Source: a virus
UHGV virus genome: UHGV-0042229
Strand: one strand, 5' to 3'
Length of the DNA: 64,000 bases
Part shown: piece after piece, positions 59,808 to 64,000 of the stretch
How positions within the stretch are numbered: position 1 is the stretch's first letter
Layout: each line of letters opens with the position of its first letter
Made by a program: the position numbers and the translations under genes
The notes under the pieces: generated by a model
The model's database searches: none
The model's input: only the letters and a program-made list of their open reading frames with translations
Told to the model about the DNA's origin: nothing

Positions 59808-61237
59808 GTAAAACAACACCTACTAAAGACAGTATTCGTGCAGAGTTTGAAGAGCTTGTCGAGAAAGATTCATTCTGGTCGAAGTTTGTCGGCTCTCAAT
59901 TTGTCTCGATGCTGACATTGTTTATTACCCAGATTGTCTACAGGTGCTTTCAGTATGCCGATGCGGCGCTGGCTGAAGGCTTTATATCGACCGCGACGCG
60001 GCGTTCTTCTATCCTGGCAGCGGCAGAAACGAATAGTTACGTTGGTACCAAGCCAACACCGTCATCGGGGATGATTGAGATCACCGCCACAAGTGAAGAT
60101 GCCCCAGCGGTAATCCCCAAAAACATGCCTTTAATATCTGACGACCAGTATCCTTACATGACTATGGATGTATGCAGGTTGGTTGACGGCACCGGTACGG
60201 TAGAAGTGGCACAGTTGGAAATCCAGGAGGTGACATATACCGTTACGGCAGCCAAAGAATTTCTGGAAGTCGTGTTATCAAAGGCTCTCACTGCTGTCTG
60301 CTATAAGCTGGAAGTATTCGTGACGACCGATGGTAAGACCACGCAGTGGTCTTCCAGCACTATGTTCCGGTTAGCCGGTAGTAAAAGCCAGGTCTACGTT
60401 GAGTTTTATAAACCATCCGAGCAGTTGGGGGTTCGATTCGGTGATGGGCTAATTGGGCAAATACCGCCAGAAGGCTCGACCATTACGCTTAAGGTATGGT
60501 GCACCAACGGCGATATAACCCTGGTTGCTGGCCAAAACCTGACGCCTGTCGATTCTGCGGCTAATTTAGCTAATTTGATTTCAGTTAAGACAACGACACC
60601 TATAACCGCAGGTACCGATGCCGAAACAACGGAGATCACACGTAACCGTGCACAATATTACCTTGCCTATGATGATCAGGTCGTATGGGGCGGGGACTAT
60701 ACGTATTTTCTGGTGCGTAACATCCCGGGACTGTCCTGGGTAAAGGCATGGGGCGAAGGCCAGCAAGAGAAATTAGATGGTGCTTATAATGTTCGGAATA
60801 TCAATAAGATATTTATTTCAGGATGGCATCCAAACAAAAGCCAGTCAGAGCTTGAAGAAATGATCCTGGCTGCCTTTAAGAAGGTGCCGAATGAGTTGAA
60901 CAAGAAATTCTCGTATAAAGAGGTCAGAAAACTCCCCTTTAAGATCACCATCACTGGGCGGATATCGGCAAGCCTGACCATTGAGAACGTGACTGATGAG
61001 CTGAAGTCGGCACTGGAAACAAAATTTGGGCGTGACTCAACTTTCTTTGATCCGAACCGTGTCGGCAAGTACATCCTAATCAAGAAAAAAGACGTTTGGG
61101 CATTTATCGAAACGCTGGGTTATTTCCGCGACTTTTATCTGGAATTTGTCGAGTGGAATGAGTCCAACGGCTTTTACGATTTCGTTTATCTGGATACAGA
61201 AAACTCCACCTTTAATATTTCGTATGAGGAGGAGTGA
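59804..61237 (+). CDS. Putative baseplate protein (477 aa), BplA-like
   Basis: ORF track; overlapping start/stop with neighbours. Confidence 0.55.
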   Translation: MSKTTPTKDSIRAEFEELVEKDSFWSKFVGSQFVSMLTLFITQIVYRCFQYADAALAEGFISTATRRSSILAAAETNSYVGTKPTPSSGMIEITATSEDAPAVIPKNMPLISDDQYPYMTMDVCRLVDGTGTVEVAQLEIQEVTYTVTAAKEFLEVVLSKALTAVCYKLEVFVTTDGKTTQWSSSTMFRLAGSKSQVYVEFYKPSEQLGVRFGDGLIGQIPPEGSTITLKVWCTNGDITLVAGQNLTPVDSAANLANLISVKTTTPITAGTDAETTEITRNRAQYYLAYDDQVVWGGDYTYFLVRNIPGLSWVKAWGEGQQEKLDGAYNVRNINKIFISGWHPNKSQSELEEMILAAFKKVPNELNKKFSYKEVRKLPFKITITGRISASLTIENVTDELKSALETKFGRDSTFFDPNRVGKYILIKKKDVWAFIETLGYFRDFYLEFVEWNESNGFYDFVYLDTENSTFNISYEEE

Positions 61238-62073
61238 TGCAGCGTTCCTGGTTTAATAACCGGCTTACATCAGCTAAGCAAAAGTCATTGCTCTATAAAT
61301 CATTGGCTGATTTGGTTCAGTCAATGATGGATACCTTTGTTGACCCATGGTTGGAGCGAATTACCAACCGGAAGTCTATTTTTTCCATGAGCAAGGAGGA
61401 TCTGGAGACTAGGACAAATGAACTTGGCCAGTTTTTTACTATCAGAACGTCGAATTCATCTTCCGTTCCGATGTTGTTACAACAGCGGTTTGATGAGATC
61501 CATTTTAAGGGTACTGAACGCCCTATAAACCAGACAATTTATCGCGAATTTAACGGTATATCGGTTTTATGGGATCCCATATATGCTCCGGTGGACTTTG
61601 AACGTCATCCCTATGGCACGGTCCTGATTCCAGAAAGCACACTGGAAACCACCGGCGGCACATTCGGCGAGATGTTTCTGACTTCCAGAGGAATGATCAG
61701 TATTCCCATAAACGACCTGGCCCGGACAATGGGTATTACTGGAACGATAGATCAGTCCGCAATTACAGAAGAAATTCTCAGAAAGTTTAATCAGTTCGTA
61801 AAGCCTCTACTGCCACTGCATATAGTGTTTGATGGGCTTACGCTCTATTTGTCGGTTGTTGTAAATGAACAGGCCGACATGATCACTTTGAATGAGATTT
61901 CTGATACCGAAAAAGCATTCTGCTGGTTTGAAACTTCGGATACAACTTCGCTTACTGAAGTTACGTCGATTAACGCCCCGATCACTGCAACGCCGGGCGG
62001 CACTATTGTGAAAGCAACGCCTACGTTTGATCGCACCCGCGCAGATGATTTGCTGTTGGATAGCGATGCGTGA
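61234..62073 (+). CDS. Putative baseplate / fibre-attachment protein (279 aa), gene 16-like
   Basis: ORF track; ATGA overlap with upstream gene; GC-rich hairpin 62077-62101 downstream. Confidence 0.5.
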   Translation: MMQRSWFNNRLTSAKQKSLLYKSLADLVQSMMDTFVDPWLERITNRKSIFSMSKEDLETRTNELGQFFTIRTSNSSSVPMLLQQRFDEIHFKGTERPINQTIYREFNGISVLWDPIYAPVDFERHPYGTVLIPESTLETTGGTFGEMFLTSRGMISIPINDLARTMGITGTIDQSAITEEILRKFNQFVKPLLPLHIVFDGLTLYLSVVVNEQADMITLNEISDTEKAFCWFETSDTTSLTEVTSINAPITATPGGTIVKATPTFDRTRADDLLLDSDA

Positions 62074-62151
62074 CAATCACCCCGTCCGCAGGGCGGGGTG
62101 ACAAGTTACTTATCTTACAATGAGGCTTCACAACATTGATTAGGGAAAATC

Positions 62152-62586
62152 ATGTCTGACGTCTCAACAAACCTCTATAAGAGTCAGTTGTTGGACTATT
62201 ACTATCAGCGGCGCGCTGAATCGTCCATTAACAAAGGCTCTCGATTTTTAATCAGCAAGGCCGTTTTCGGTACCAGTTCACTGGTTACTAAGAAAGGAGA
62301 TGGCACTTATGAGATTGGAGAACTGCCAAAGGCTTTCGATCTGGCAGAACTGACCAGTCAATTTTGCACCATCAACCTCGTCCCAACCTACTCAGGCGGG
62401 ATAATTACTGTCCGAATGGACCTTGATCAAAGTCAGTTGCAGGAAGGGAAAAACTACCCATTCAACACTCTGGTTGTTCTGGATAACGAGAATAAGCCAA
62501 TCGCCATTATTTGTGTCCAAGAAGACTCGCTGTATGTGGGCAAAACATATACCGCAGTTATGGCCATAAACTCGACTACAGCATAA
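62152..62586 (+). CDS. Tail fibre-associated protein R-like (144 aa)
   Basis: 144-aa ORF immediately upstream of the fibre gene, as P1 gene R. Confidence 0.55.
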   Translation: MSDVSTNLYKSQLLDYYYQRRAESSINKGSRFLISKAVFGTSSLVTKKGDGTYEIGELPKAFDLAELTSQFCTINLVPTYSGGIITVRMDLDQSQLQEGKNYPFNTLVVLDNENKPIAIICVQEDSLYVGKTYTAVMAINSTTA

Positions 62587-62597
62587 GGATATGCTTG

Positions 62598-64000
62598 ATG
62601 AATGACGTTACAGTTGTTACATCGGTTACTTACCCATCACCCGAGTCGTTGGCTCTGGTGGCTGATGTGCAATACCACGAACCATATCTGTCAGCCGCTC
62701 TAAACCGAAAATTCAGGGGAATTGTTGACCCGGGATTTTATGCTGGTTTCTTGCCTAAGCCTGGCGGTGGAATGAACCTGTTAATCACCTCAGTGGATGG
62801 AGATAAAACCGCTGGCGCGGCGTCAGTGGATATTGGTGAATTCTACCAGGTAACTATTCAGCATCGTAAGGATATCTCTCTTGCACTTAACGCAGGCAAG
62901 AAATATGCAATTGTGCTGAAGGGAAGATACCTTCTTGGAGAAGATACCTATCAGGTGAATACCGCGTCACATATTCATGCAGCTGAATTTGTTGCCAGAA
63001 CCTATACCGATTCATATCAGTTAGGTGATGGGGAACTGCTGGTTTGTACGGTGAATATCCCTGCTGGCGTATCTACCATTACTCAAGAGATGATTGATAC
63101 ATCCGAGCGTATCAACCGCACGATCGGCATTGATATTTCAGACTCTGTAACCAGTACCAGAAGTGATGTTGCTGCGAGTTCGCTGGCAGTTAAAAAAGCC
63201 TACGATCTGGCGAAAAGCAAGTATACGGCGCAGGATGCAAGCACAACGCAAAAGGGATTAGTTCAGCTCAGTAGTGCCACTAACAGTACGTCCGAAGTGC
63301 TGGCCGCCACACCGAAAGCTGTCAAGGCTGCATATGACCTGGCTAACGGGAAGTATACAGCCCAGGATGCAACCACGACACAAAAAGGGATAGTTCAGCT
63401 CAGTAGCGACACCAACAGCACTTCTGAAACATTAGCTGCAACTCCAAAAGCGGTTAAAGCTGCATACGATCTAGCAGCCGGAAAGGCACCATCCAGTCAT
63501 ACACATCCCTGGAATCAGATCACTGGTGTGCCAACAGCTTCATTGACAGCGAAAGGCATCACTCAGCTCAGTAGTGCCACTAACAGCACGTCCGAAGTGC
63601 TGGCCGCCACACCGAAAGCTGTCAAGGCTGCATATGACCTGGCTAACGGGAAGTATACAGCCCAGGATGCAACCACGGCTCAAAAAGGGATAGTCCAACT
63701 CAGCAGTGCTACCAATAGCACGTCCGAAGTGCTGGCCGCCACACCGAAAGCTGTCAAGGCTGCATATGATTTGGCTAATGGAAAGCAAGCGGCAGACGCT
63801 ACGCTCACTGCTCTAGCGGCACTAGCTACAGCAGCAGATAAACTCCCTTATTTCACAGGTGTTGATCGTGCCGCGTTAACTGCATTGACAAGTGTTGGAC
63901 GCGCCATTCTTGGTAAGACCAGTATTCAGAGCGTTCTTGATTACCTTGGTTTAGGGGAAGGCTCGGCGCTGCCCGTTGGTGTACCTGTTCCATGGCCCTC
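62598..64000 (+). CDS. Tail fibre protein S, N-terminal ~467 codons (continues past window end)
   Basis: ATG at 62598 with AAGGA RBS; open to window end; four copies of a ~40-aa fibre repeat (T(A/T)QKGxVQLSSxTNSTSExLAATPKAVKAAYDLAxGK). Not in ORF track because truncated. Confidence 0.8.
   Translation, partial: MNDVTVVTSVTYPSPESLALVADVQYHEPYLSAALNRKFRGIVDPGFYAGFLPKPGGGMNLLITSVDGDKTAGAASVDIGEFYQVTIQHRKDISLALNAGKKYAIVLKGRYLLGEDTYQVNTASHIHAAEFVARTYTDSYQLGDGELLVCTVNIPAGVSTITQEMIDTSERINRTIGIDISDSVTSTRSDVAASSLAVKKAYDLAKSKYTAQDASTTQKGLVQLSSATNSTSEVLAATPKAVKAAYDLANGKYTAQDATTTQKGIVQLSSDTNSTSETLAATPKAVKAAYDLAAGKAPSSHTHPWNQITGVPTASLTAKGITQLSSATNSTSEVLAATPKAVKAAYDLANGKYTAQDATTAQKGIVQLSSATNSTSEVLAATPKAVKAAYDLANGKQAADATLTALAALATAADKLPYFTGVDRAALTALTSVGRAILGKTSIQSVLDYLGLGEGSALPVGVPVPWP
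63264..63677 (+). repeat. Near-identical 114-bp direct repeats inside the fibre gene (63264-63377 and 63564-63677), plus a 49-bp third copy at 63721-63769
   Basis: The two 114-bp copies differ at one position and lie exactly 300 bp apart. Confidence 0.8.

Noticed and set aside
63540-63788. Track ORF (82 aa, minus strand) with internally repeated peptide ISQIICSLDSFRCGGQHFGRA
   Set aside because: It is the antisense reading of the tail-fibre direct repeats; the repetition reflects the DNA repeats, not a gene.

Overview
This 64 kb window reads as one contiguous segment of a P1-like temperate phage-plasmid, in reverse orientation to the conventional P1 map. All calls are from reading the sequence and ORF track against remembered P1 biology; no database search was run. 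Left to right: truncated cre, loxP (951-984), immC (coi, c1), pacB/pacA with an internal pac site, lpa, phd-doc, an EcoR124-like type IC hsdM-hsdS-hsdR island, a minus-strand block with HAD and Ser/Thr phosphatases, a late baseplate operon, ban helicase with three tRNAs, dmt, an rdgC homolog, a spanin-like pair, oriR-repA-incA, parA-parB-parS, head/sheath/tube genes, repL-kilA, immI (c4-icd-ant), and tail genes sit to R and S (S runs off the right edge). Thirteen 17-mers match the P1 C1 operator consensus ATTGCTCTAATAAATTT, and four sites share a late-promoter-like motif at fixed spacing. The strongest candidate for something undescribed is a 341-codon in-frame intein with a LAGLIDADG homing endonuclease splitting the catalytic ProCys motif of the dmt cytosine-methyltransferase domain. 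Other cargo relative to the P1 backbone: a second c4/icd/ant-like immunity module between c1 and pacB, a frameshifted hsdM, a T5orf172-domain gene between incA and parA, a hok/gef-like toxin locus, an anticodon-arm-less tRNA-like element, and a RepA/iteron set diverged from P1 beside P1-type par genes. No CRISPR array, IS element or integrase was seen.
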